Of a stretch of 64,000 bases of DNA, positions 1 to 9,301 are shown piece by piece. A model generated the notes under the pieces. That model did no database searches, was not told the origin of the DNA, and worked only from the letters and a program-made list of their open reading frames with translations. Position 1 is the first letter of the stretch, and the number at the start of each line of letters is the position of its first letter. Position numbers and translations under genes: made by a program. The stretch comes from Xanthobacteraceae bacterium (lineage in GTDB: Bacteria; Pseudomonadota; Alphaproteobacteria; Rhizobiales; Xanthobacteraceae), in NCBI GenBank assembly GCA_030038995.1, contig JASHQS010000260.1, positions 327 through 64,326 of the forward strand, written 5' to 3'.

Positions 1-48
1 CGCATCGGCAACCTCAACCCGCAAAGCAGGCTCGCGAAGAAGAAGTGA
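1..48 (+). CDS. 3' end of an upstream CDS (...RIGNLNPQSRLAKKK*); possibly the oxalyl-CoA decarboxylase C-terminus
   Basis: Frame 1 is open from the window edge to TGA at 46-48. The tail resembles Oxc C-termini as I recall them, and frc follows directly. Only 15 aa are visible. Confidence 0.3.
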   Translation, partial: RIGNLNPQSRLAKKK

Positions 49-60
49 CCCGCAGGGTCA

Positions 61-142
61 TCCCGGAGCGCGGGCGGAAAGCCCGCGAATCCGGGACCAT
101 AAACTCGAATGGTGAATATGGATTCCGGGCTGTCGCCGGAAT
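61..142. repeat. REP-like GC-rich palindromes (long hairpin 61-96; ATTCCGG/CCGGAAT hairpin 122-142)
   Basis: Inverted repeats read directly: TCCCGGAGCGCGGGC-GGAAA-GCCCGCGAATCCGGGA, and ATTCCGG-N7-CCGGAAT. Confidence 0.5.
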
Positions 143-159
143 GACGAGGAGAGGAACCC

Positions 160-1599
160 ATGGCAATCAAAAAGAAAGCCAAGGCCAAATCGAAGGCGGC
201 GGCAAAAAAGTCCGCGAAAAAAGTGGTGAAGCTCAAAGCGGCGAGAAAGCCGGCAGCGAAAGCCGGAAACGGCAACGGCCTGCCGCGGCCTTCGACCAAG
301 CCATGGGGCCAGGCGGGCAGGGCGCTCGACGGCGTCAAAATCCTCGACTTCACCCACGTGCAATCGGGGCCGACCTGCACGCAGCTCCTCGCCTATATGG
401 GCGCCGATGTCATCAAGGTGGAGCGGCCCGGTATCGGCGACGTCACGCGCGGGCAATTGCGCGACGTCAAGGACGCCGACAGCCTGTACTTCACCATGCT
501 CAACGGCTCGAAGCGCTCGATCACCATCGATTCGAAGCATCCCACGGGCAAGCAAATCCTGGCGCGGTTGATCAAGCATTGCGACGTGCTCGTGGAAAAT
601 TTCGCTCCCGGCGCGCTCGACCGCATGGGTTTGACCTGGGACTACATCCACAAGACCAATCCGCGCATGATCGTCGCTTCGGTCAAAGGGTTCGGTTCCG
701 GGCCGTACGAGGATTGCAAGGTGTACGAGAACATCGCGCAGTGCGCCGGCGGCTCGGCGTCGACCACTGGCTTCCGCGACGGTCCGCCGCTCGTCACCGG
801 CGCGCAGATCGGCGACAGCGGCACGGGGCTGCATCTCGCGTTCGGCATCGTCACGGCGCTGTATCAGCGCGTGCGCACCGGGCGCGGTCAGCGCGTGCTC
901 GCCGCCATGCAGGACGGCGTGCTCAACCTCGCCCGCGTCAAGCTGCGCGATCAGCAGCGGCTCAAGCACGGTCCGCTCACGGAATACAGCCAATACGGCG
1001 AGGGTATTCCCTTCGGCGAAGCAACGCCGCGCGCCGGCAACGATTCCGGTGGCGGCCAGCCGGGCTGGATTCTCAAGTGCAAAGGATGGGAAAGCGACCC
1101 GAACGCCTACATCTATTTCATCACCCAGGCGCCGGTCTGGGGCGCCATCTGCGACCTGATCGGCAAGCCGGAATGGAAGACCGATGCGGATTACGCAACG
1201 CCGCCGGCACGGCTGCCGCGGCTGCGCCGGATTTTCGATACGATCGAGCAATGGACCATGACCAAGACCAAGTTCGAGGTCATGGAGATTTGCAACAAAT
1301 ACGACATTCCGGCCGGTCCGATCCTGTCGATGAAGGAGATCGCCGAGGAGCCGTCGCTGCGCGCGACCGGCACCGTGGTCGAAGTCGATCATCCCAAGCG
1401 CGGCAAGTATTTGACGGTCGGCAATCCGGTGAAACTGTCGGATTCGCCCGCCGACGTGCGGCGCTCGCCGCTCCTGGGCGAGCACACCGAAGAAATCCTG
1501 CGCGACGTGCTCGGCTATTCGCAGAAGGAGCTGGAGGATATCAAAGCCTCCGGCGCCATCACGCCGCTGGAGAAGCCCGCCAAAGCCGAGGCAGCATAA
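160..1599 (+). CDS. frc: formyl-CoA:oxalate CoA-transferase (family III CoA-transferase) with a Lys/Ala-rich N-terminal extension
   Basis: Close similarity along the full length to Frc ([47 protein letters not shown]). GGAGAGGA SD lies 6 nt before ATG 160. Confidence 0.9.
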   Translation: MAIKKKAKAKSKAAAKKSAKKVVKLKAARKPAAKAGNGNGLPRPSTKPWGQAGRALDGVKILDFTHVQSGPTCTQLLAYMGADVIKVERPGIGDVTRGQLRDVKDADSLYFTMLNGSKRSITIDSKHPTGKQILARLIKHCDVLVENFAPGALDRMGLTWDYIHKTNPRMIVASVKGFGSGPYEDCKVYENIAQCAGGSASTTGFRDGPPLVTGAQIGDSGTGLHLAFGIVTALYQRVRTGRGQRVLAAMQDGVLNLARVKLRDQQRLKHGPLTEYSQYGEGIPFGEATPRAGNDSGGGQPGWILKCKGWESDPNAYIYFITQAPVWGAICDLIGKPEWKTDADYATPPARLPRLRRIFDTIEQWTMTKTKFEVMEICNKYDIPAGPILSMKEIAEEPSLRATGTVVEVDHPKRGKYLTVGNPVKLSDSPADVRRSPLLGEHTEEILRDVLGYSQKELEDIKASGAITPLEKPAKAEAA

Positions 1600-1614
1600 A
1601 CAGACGGGCCGCTC

Positions 1615-1673
1615 GTCCCCGCGCAAGCGGGGACCCAGCGAAAAGTGAACTGGATGCCCGCTTTCGCGGGCAT
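1615..1673. repeat. pair of REP hairpins (GTCCCCGC-gcaa-GCGGGGAC; ATGCCCGC-tttc-GCGGGCAT)
   Basis: Perfect 8-bp stems with 4-nt loops in the frc/formyltransferase spacer. The same family occurs at 18402-18421. Confidence 0.6.
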
Positions 1674-1696
1674 GAGCGGAGGAGAGGAATTGACCC

Positions 1697-2623
1697 ATGC
1701 GTATTGTCGTTCACGGCCAGCAGGCGTTCGGCAAGGCGGTGCTCGAGGCGCTGCTCAAGCGCGGCGAAGACGTCGTCGCCGTCTACGTCGCGCCCGAGAA
1801 GGACGGCGCCAAGGCCGACCCGCTGAAGGAAGCGGCGCTTGCCGCCAAGCTGCCGGTCCATCAGCCGGCCTCGTACCGCAAGCCCGAAGTCTGGGAGCAA
1901 TTCCGCGCGCTCAAGCCGGACTTGCAGGTGATGGCGTTCGTCACGCTGTTCGTGCCGGAGGAGTTTTTGCACATCCCGACCCACGGCTCGATCCAGTATC
2001 ACCCTTCGCTCTTGCCGGCCTATCGCGGCCCGAGCGCGATCAACTGGCCGATCATCAAGGGCGAGACCGAGACCGGACTGTCGATCTTCTGGCCCGACAA
2101 CGGCCTCGATACCGGCGACGTGCTTTTGCAGAAGAAAACCCCGATCGGGCCGACTGACACGCTCGGCTCGGTCTATTTCGACCGCCTGTTCCCGATGGGC
2201 GTCGAGGCCATGCTGGAGGCGGTCGATCTGGTCAAAGCCGGCAAGGCGCCGCGCCGCGAACAGGACGAAGCGAAAGCCAGTTACGAAGGCCGCTGCGGCG
2301 CGGACAACGCCCACATCGACTGGGGCCGGCCGTGGCAGGAGATCGACCGGCTGATCCGCGGCTGCAATCCGGCGCCCGGCGCGTGGTCGAAGCTCAACGA
2401 CAAGACCGTCAAGATCTTCGATGCCAAACCGCTGCCGGCTAAAGACCCCAAGGGCATCGCCGGCAAGATGGGCGAGATCGTCGCCATCGAGGGCGACGGT
2501 TTTACGGTGGTTTGCGCCGATGGACGCTTCAAAGTCACCCGTGTACAGGCCGACGGTCCTAAATTGTCCGCCGGAGAGTTCGCAACAAACGTCAAGCTCA
2601 ATACCGGAACGAGGTTTTCATGA
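1697..2623 (+). CDS. Fmt/FDH-N-like formyltransferase (N-terminal formyl-transferase domain plus Fmt-type C-terminal domain)
   Basis: [10 protein letters not shown] and [18 protein letters not shown] motifs. Length of 308 aa is like Met-tRNA formyltransferase. SD GGAGGAGAGG is present. The stop overlaps the fhs start (ATGA). Confidence 0.75.
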   Translation: MRIVVHGQQAFGKAVLEALLKRGEDVVAVYVAPEKDGAKADPLKEAALAAKLPVHQPASYRKPEVWEQFRALKPDLQVMAFVTLFVPEEFLHIPTHGSIQYHPSLLPAYRGPSAINWPIIKGETETGLSIFWPDNGLDTGDVLLQKKTPIGPTDTLGSVYFDRLFPMGVEAMLEAVDLVKAGKAPRREQDEAKASYEGRCGADNAHIDWGRPWQEIDRLIRGCNPAPGAWSKLNDKTVKIFDAKPLPAKDPKGIAGKMGEIVAIEGDGFTVVCADGRFKVTRVQADGPKLSAGEFATNVKLNTGTRFS

Positions 2624-4353
2624 ATCCGACTCCAGCAACTGCGGCGAAGGCGCCAGCGGCCTCTTCGCAGCACGCCAATCCGCTCTCCAACATCGAGATT
2701 GCCCAGGCCGCCAAGATGCGGCCGATTGTCGACGTCGCGCGCGAACGGCTCGGCATAGCGCCCGAGAACCTCGAGCCCTTCGGCCACTACAAGGCCAAGG
2801 TGTCGATGGACTTCATCAAGTCGATCCAGAAGCGGCCCAACGGCAAGCTTATTCTCGTTACCGCCATCAATCCGACGCCGGCCGGCGAGGGCAAGACCAC
2901 GACGACGGTCGGGTTGACCGACGCGCTCAATTACATCGGCAAGAAGGCGATGCTGTGCATCCGCGAGGCGAGCCTCGGGCCGTGCTTCGGCGTCAAGGGT
3001 GGCGCCGCCGGCGGCGGCTATGCGCAAGTCGTGCCCATGGAGGACATCAACCTGCATTTTACCGGCGATCTCCACGCCATCACCTCGGCAAACAATTTGC
3101 TCGCCGCCATGCTCGACAATCACATCTATTGGGGCAACGCGCTTGGCCTCGATGCGCGCCGCGTAACCTGGCGCCGGGTCATGGACATGAACGACCGCGC
3201 GTTGCGCCAGATCGTCAATTCGCTGGGCGGCGCCGCCAACGGCTTTCCCCGCGAGGACGGCTTCGACATTACGGTGGCGTCGGAGGTGATGGCGATCTTC
3301 TGCCTGGCGCGCGACATCGAGGATCTCAAGAAGCGGCTGGGCAATATCGTTGTAGGCTACACGCGCGACCGCAAGCCGGTGCGCGCGTCGGATCTTAAGG
3401 CCAACGGCGCCATGGCGGTGCTGCTCAAGGACGCGTTGGCGCCGAACCTGGTGCAGACGTTGGAGGGCACGCCGGCGTTCATCCACGGCGGCCCGTTCGC
3501 CAATATCGCACACGGCTGCAATTCGGTGCTGGCGACCACCACCGCGCTCAAGCTCGCCGATTACGTAGTGACCGAGGCCGGCTTCGGCGCCGATCTCGGC
3601 GCCGAGAAATTCATGGATATCAAATGCCGCAAGACCGGAATCGCGCCCAGTTGCGCGGTACTGGTGGCCACCATTCGCGCGCTGAAGATGCACGGCGGCG
3701 TCAAAAAAGAGGACCTCAAGGCCGAGAACTTGAAGGCGCTCGATGCCGGTATTGCCAACCTGCTACGGCACGTCGAGAACGTGCGGAAATTCGGCATTGT
3801 GCCGTTGGTATCGATCAACCGCTTCTCCGCCGACACTGAGGCCGAGATCAAACTGGTCGAGGACAAATGCAAGGCGTTCGGGGTCGAGGCGTTCATGGCC
3901 GATCATTGGGCCGAGGGCGGCAAGGGCGCGGCCGAGGTGGCGCGCGCGGTGGTGAAAGTCTGTGATGGCGGCCAGAGCAAGTTGAAATACCTCTATCCCG
4001 ACGACATGCCGCTGGTGGAGAAGATCCGCACCATTTGCCGGGAAATCTATCGCGCCAAGGATATTGCGATGGACAAACCGGTGCGCGATCAGCTCGCCTC
4101 GTTCGAGGCGATGGGCGCCGGCAAGTTCCCGATCTGCATGGCCAAGACCCAGTACAGCTTCACCACCAACCCCGACGCCAAGGGCGCGCCGACCGATCAT
4201 ATCATCCCGGTGCGCGAAGTGCGGCTCTCGGCCGGCGCCGAGTTCGTCGTGGTGATCTGCGGCGAGTTGTTGACCATGCCGGGCCTGCCGCGGGTGCCGG
4301 CGGCGGACGCGATTGATATCGGGCCGGACGGCAAGATCGTCGGATTGTTTTAA
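2620..4353 (+). CDS. fhs: formate--tetrahydrofolate ligase
   Basis: [18 protein letters not shown]-loop and full-length FTHFS similarity. Confidence 0.95.
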   Translation: MNPTPATAAKAPAASSQHANPLSNIEIAQAAKMRPIVDVARERLGIAPENLEPFGHYKAKVSMDFIKSIQKRPNGKLILVTAINPTPAGEGKTTTTVGLTDALNYIGKKAMLCIREASLGPCFGVKGGAAGGGYAQVVPMEDINLHFTGDLHAITSANNLLAAMLDNHIYWGNALGLDARRVTWRRVMDMNDRALRQIVNSLGGAANGFPREDGFDITVASEVMAIFCLARDIEDLKKRLGNIVVGYTRDRKPVRASDLKANGAMAVLLKDALAPNLVQTLEGTPAFIHGGPFANIAHGCNSVLATTTALKLADYVVTEAGFGADLGAEKFMDIKCRKTGIAPSCAVLVATIRALKMHGGVKKEDLKAENLKALDAGIANLLRHVENVRKFGIVPLVSINRFSADTEAEIKLVEDKCKAFGVEAFMADHWAEGGKGAAEVARAVVKVCDGGQSKLKYLYPDDMPLVEKIRTICREIYRAKDIAMDKPVRDQLASFEAMGAGKFPICMAKTQYSFTTNPDAKGAPTDHIIPVREVRLSAGAEFVVVICGELLTMPGLPRVPAADAIDIGPDGKIVGLF

Positions 4354-4355
4354 AT

Positions 4356-4435
4356 TTCGCAGGGTGGGTTATCCGCGCAGCGGCGTAACCCACCGTCTTT
4401 CAACGCAATGGGTTTCGCTTCGCTTAACCCTGCGA
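4356..4435. repeat. REP-like composite palindrome directly after the fhs stop (GGTGGGTTA ... TAACCCACC; CGCAGGGT ... ACCCTGCG)
   Basis: Inverted repeats read directly at 4363-4371/4386-4394 and 4358/4426. May also act as a terminator. Confidence 0.5.
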
Positions 4436-4456
4436 ACTGACAGGAGAGGACAAGCA

Positions 4457-5143
4457 ATGCTCAAATTCTACTACAGCGGGGCGCCGAACCCGACCAAGAT
4501 CGCACTGTTCCTCGAAGAAGCCGGCCTGCCGTACGAGCCGATTCCGGTCGATACCCGCAAGGGCGAGCAGCACAAGCCGGATTTCTTGGCGATCAATCCG
4601 AACGCCAAGGTGCCGGCCATCGTCGATGGCGACGTCGTGGTGTTCGATTCAAGCGCGATCCTGCTCTATCTCGCGGAAAAAACCGGAAAGTTTCTGCCGG
4701 CGAAGACCGACAAGGCGCGCGGCGAGCTGTTGTCCTGGATGTTCTTCGTGTCTTCGGGCGTCGGACCGTATTTCGGCCAGTCGGTGCACTTCCGCAATTA
4801 CGCGCCCGAGAAGCTGCCCTACGCCATCAACCGCTACGCCTTCGAGGCGCGGCGCCACGCCGGCATACTCGATGCGCGGCTCGGCAAACGGAAATACATG
4901 CTGGGCGACACCTACACCATCGTCGACATGAACGTGTGGGGCTGGGCGCGGCTCATTCCGAACGTGCTGGGCGACGGCGCCTGGGACAAATTCAAAAACT
5001 TAAAGCGCCTCACCGACGAGGTCAGCGCCCGCCCCGCGGCACAGCGCGCGCAGGCGCTCAAGGACCGCCACACCTTCAAGACCGAAATGGACCAGGAAGC
5101 GCTCAACGCCATGTTCCCGCATCTGAGGGAGAAGGTGGCGTAG
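4457..5143 (+). CDS. glutathione S-transferase family protein
   Basis: MLKFYYSGAPNPTKIALFLEEAGLPYE...NPNAKVPAIVDG is a GST N-domain. AGGAGAGGA SD precedes ATG 4457, which is internal to track ORF 4313. Confidence 0.85.
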   Translation: MLKFYYSGAPNPTKIALFLEEAGLPYEPIPVDTRKGEQHKPDFLAINPNAKVPAIVDGDVVVFDSSAILLYLAEKTGKFLPAKTDKARGELLSWMFFVSSGVGPYFGQSVHFRNYAPEKLPYAINRYAFEARRHAGILDARLGKRKYMLGDTYTIVDMNVWGWARLIPNVLGDGAWDKFKNLKRLTDEVSARPAAQRAQALKDRHTFKTEMDQEALNAMFPHLREKVA

Positions 5144-5195
5144 CGCGGGCGGTTGCCGCGCGGCGAGCGTTGCAACGGTCGCTGGCCAACGGAAG

Positions 5196-5228
5196 ACGGC
5201 GCGGCCCTGCGGTCGCGCCGTTTGTCGT
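5196..5228 (+). terminator. GC-rich hairpin plus T-rich tail between convergent genes
   Basis: ACGGCGCG-N10-CGCGCCGT followed by TTTGTCGTT. Confidence 0.5.
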
Positions 5229-5244
5229 TGCCGAGGTGAAGCCG

Positions 5245-5370
5245 CTATTGAAACAGCTTCGTCGAGTTGATGAGCGTCTGAATGACGCCGAGCGTGAGCG
5301 GGATGCCGACCCACGCCCAGGCCAGCGCGAGCTGCCAAGTCTTCGTGCCTTCCTGATTCTGGTTTGCCAT
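5245..5370 (-). CDS. 41-aa membrane peptide downstream of the antiporter (MANQNQEGTKTWQLALAWAWVGIPLTLGVIQTLINSTKLFQ); candidate MFS transporter small subunit
   Basis: Not in the ORF track (under 60 aa). ATG at 5368-5370 is preceded by GGGAGAGAG and lies 12 nt after the antiporter stop. One hydrophobic helix. Resembles small proteins I recall being annotated next to OFA-family MFS genes. Confidence 0.55.
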   Translation of the reverse strand: MANQNQEGTKTWQLALAWAWVGIPLTLGVIQTLINSTKLFQ

Positions 5371-5382
5371 GTTGCTCTCTCC

Positions 5383-6828
5383 CTAGGCTCCGGCCGGTTC
5401 GCCCGCGCTGGCGACCGCCGCTTGCGCCAATTCGGCCTCATGATCGGACTGCATGTGGAAGCGCTGATGGACGGCCTTCACCAGCAGATTGCAGATGAAG
5501 CCGATCACCAACAGGCCGGCCATGATGTACATGGTGACATTGTAGGCGTCCGCTTTCGGCACGCCGTGGCTGACGTTGTACTGGCGGATGTAGTTGACCA
5601 GCACCGGTCCGAAAATGCCGGCCATCGACCACGCCGTGATGCACCAGCCATGAATGGCGCCGACGTAACGCGTGCCGAACATGTCCTTCAGATAAGCCGG
5701 CACGGTGGAGAAGCCGCCGCCGTACATGCTGATGATCACCAGGAAGCAGCAGACAAACCCGACCACGCTGCCGACCTTGCCGGTGTACGGCACGGTGCAG
5801 TACAGCAGGAAACCGAGCACCATGAACACGAAGTAGGTGTTCTTGCGCCCGATAAAGTCCGACGTGGACGCCCAGAAGAAGCGGCCGCCCATGTTGAACA
5901 GACTCATCAGGCCTACGAAGCCGGCCGCCGCCACCACCGAGACTTTGCCGGGGAACATTTCCTGACTCATGGCGGAAGCTTGGCCGATCACGCCGATTCC
6001 GGCGGTCACGTTCAGGCAGAGCACCCACCAGATCAGCCAGAACTGCGGCGTCTTCAGCGCGTCGTAGACGAAGACGTCATTCGTCGTGATCAGCTTGGTC
6101 GCCTGCACCGGCGGCGTATAGCCGGCCGGCTTCCAGCCCGGCGCCGGCACGCGCACGATGATGGATCCCACCACCATGAAGACGAAGTAGATCGCGCCCA
6201 TGACGATAAACGTTTCGGCGACGCCGACGTGGGTCTGGGTCGTGAATTTGCTCATCAGCCAGACCGAAAGCGGCGAAGCGATGAAGGCGCCGCCGCCGAA
6301 GCCCATGATGGCCATGCCGGTCGCCATGCCGGGCCGGTCAGGGAACCATTTGATCAGGGTGGAGACCGGCGAGATGTAGCCGATGCCGAGGCCGCAGCCG
6401 CCGATCAGGCCATAACCGAAATAAATCACCCATAGATTGTGGATATAGACGCCTATTGCAGAGATGAAGAAACCAATGGCCCAGCATAATGCCGCGGTAA
6501 ACATCGCCTTGCGCGGACCGCCTTCCTCGACCCAACGGCCGAAAATCGCGGCGGAGAAGCCAAGCACGAAGATAGCAGTCGAGAAAATCCAGCCGAGTTC
6601 GGCAAGAGTCCAGTCGGTAGGCAGCGGATGGACCCAGTTGAGATTGGCGTGCCAATTGGCGGGCGCGGTCGAGTGCGCGATGCCCAAGAGCTTGGTCATC
6701 GGCAGATTGAACACGCTGAATGCGTAGGCTTGGCCGATGCACAGGTGCACGCACAGCGCGGCCGGCGGGACCATCCAGCGATTGAAGCCGGGTCTGGCGA
6801 TCGTGTTGCTGCGATCAAAAAAACTCAT
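5383..6828 (-). CDS. oxlT: oxalate/formate antiporter family (OFA) MFS transporter
   Basis: MSFFDRSNTIARPGFNRWMVPPAALCVHLCIGQAYAFSVFN is a typical OFA N-terminus. 12-TM class. Start moved to ATG 6826-6828 (GGGAGA SD). The track ORF runs on into the repeat region. Confidence 0.85.
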   Translation of the reverse strand: MSFFDRSNTIARPGFNRWMVPPAALCVHLCIGQAYAFSVFNLPMTKLLGIAHSTAPANWHANLNWVHPLPTDWTLAELGWIFSTAIFVLGFSAAIFGRWVEEGGPRKAMFTAALCWAIGFFISAIGVYIHNLWVIYFGYGLIGGCGLGIGYISPVSTLIKWFPDRPGMATGMAIMGFGGGAFIASPLSVWLMSKFTTQTHVGVAETFIVMGAIYFVFMVVGSIIVRVPAPGWKPAGYTPPVQATKLITTNDVFVYDALKTPQFWLIWWVLCLNVTAGIGVIGQASAMSQEMFPGKVSVVAAAGFVGLMSLFNMGGRFFWASTSDFIGRKNTYFVFMVLGFLLYCTVPYTGKVGSVVGFVCCFLVIISMYGGGFSTVPAYLKDMFGTRYVGAIHGWCITAWSMAGIFGPVLVNYIRQYNVSHGVPKADAYNVTMYIMAGLLVIGFICNLLVKAVHQRFHMQSDHEAELAQAAVASAGEPAGA

Positions 6829-6919
6829 TGTGCGATTCTCCCGTGTGAGCAGCGCTTTTCTACGTGTGCCCTTTGGGGGATTTTGATGCAAGGTGACAAA
6901 ATGTACAAGTGGAAGACTT

Positions 6920-7157
6920 AGTCTGGTATTTGATAACCCGACGCCTGTGAGCAAATAGAATGCTGCGCCATAGCCAGGGGCTATTGAATTCCACAGCCGC
7001 GCGGTGCGGCCGCAGCCGTCACGGCGAGGAGTCGCCGCAGTCTGGTATTTGATGACCCGACGCCTGTGAGCAAATAGAAGGCCGCGCCATAGCCAAGGGC
7101 TATTGAATTCCACAGCCGCGCGGTGCGGCCGCAGCCGTCACGGCGAGGAGTCGCCGC
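6920..7157. repeat. tandem direct duplication, 2 x 119 bp (6920-7038 and 7039-7157), 4 mismatches
   Basis: Aligned by eye base for base. Lies 92 bp upstream of the antiporter start. Confidence 0.95.
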
Positions 7158-7371
7158 TTGCGTATTTCCTGGAATCTTTGGCTAATCGCCCGAGCTGGCT
7201 GCGGCGATCAGGGCAGGCAGCAGTTCAACGTCGTCATCGGCTCGGGCGCCGGCACCACGAGCCCAGTGGTATGAATTGCTTCCGGCTCGACGATCGCAAG
7301 GGCGCGCAACACGTCGGTGAGACCGAGTGTCGCAGCAAAGCCGCGCGGGCACGAACTGGCCCACCACGTTA

Positions 7372-7421
7372 CCCACTGGGCGGCGCCAGCCCTGCGCCCA
7401 CTGGGCGGCGCCAGCCCCGCG
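7372..7421. repeat. tandem 2 x 25 bp repeat (CCCACTGGGCGGCGCCAGCCC[T/C]GCG)
   Basis: Read directly; one mismatch. Confidence 0.8.
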
Positions 7422-7446
7422 CCGTGCGACCAAATGATGGATAAAC

Positions 7447-7469
7447 TTGCGAATAATCAACATGTTGAT
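7447..7469. promoter_or_regulatory. AT-rich patch with TTGC-N6-TCAA (FixK/FNR-like) overlapping a perfect 14-bp palindrome ATCAACATGTTGAT
   Basis: Read directly. About 85-100 bp upstream of the fds start. Regulator unknown. Confidence 0.25.
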
Positions 7470-7550
7470 AATGTTACTCTATCGATCATGCGCGGCTGGG
7501 CCTTGCAGGTGGTTGCCGGCCGGCGCCGCTTTTAGGCCTTCGGAGGACAG

Positions 7551-9272
<1,722 letters not shown>

Positions 9273-9301
9273 AAAGAGAGCTGCGCCGAAAGGATTGGCA
9301 A

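Noticed and set aside
6920-7421. Possible CRISPR array or minisatellite.
   Set aside because: Only two adjacent units with no spacers (119 bp x2; 25 bp x2) and no cas genes. Reported as tandem duplications instead.
7182-7463. 93-aa minus-strand ORF in the oxlT/fds divergent region.
   Set aside because: It runs through the 25-bp tandem repeat, and has an Arg-rich composition, no SD and no homology signal.
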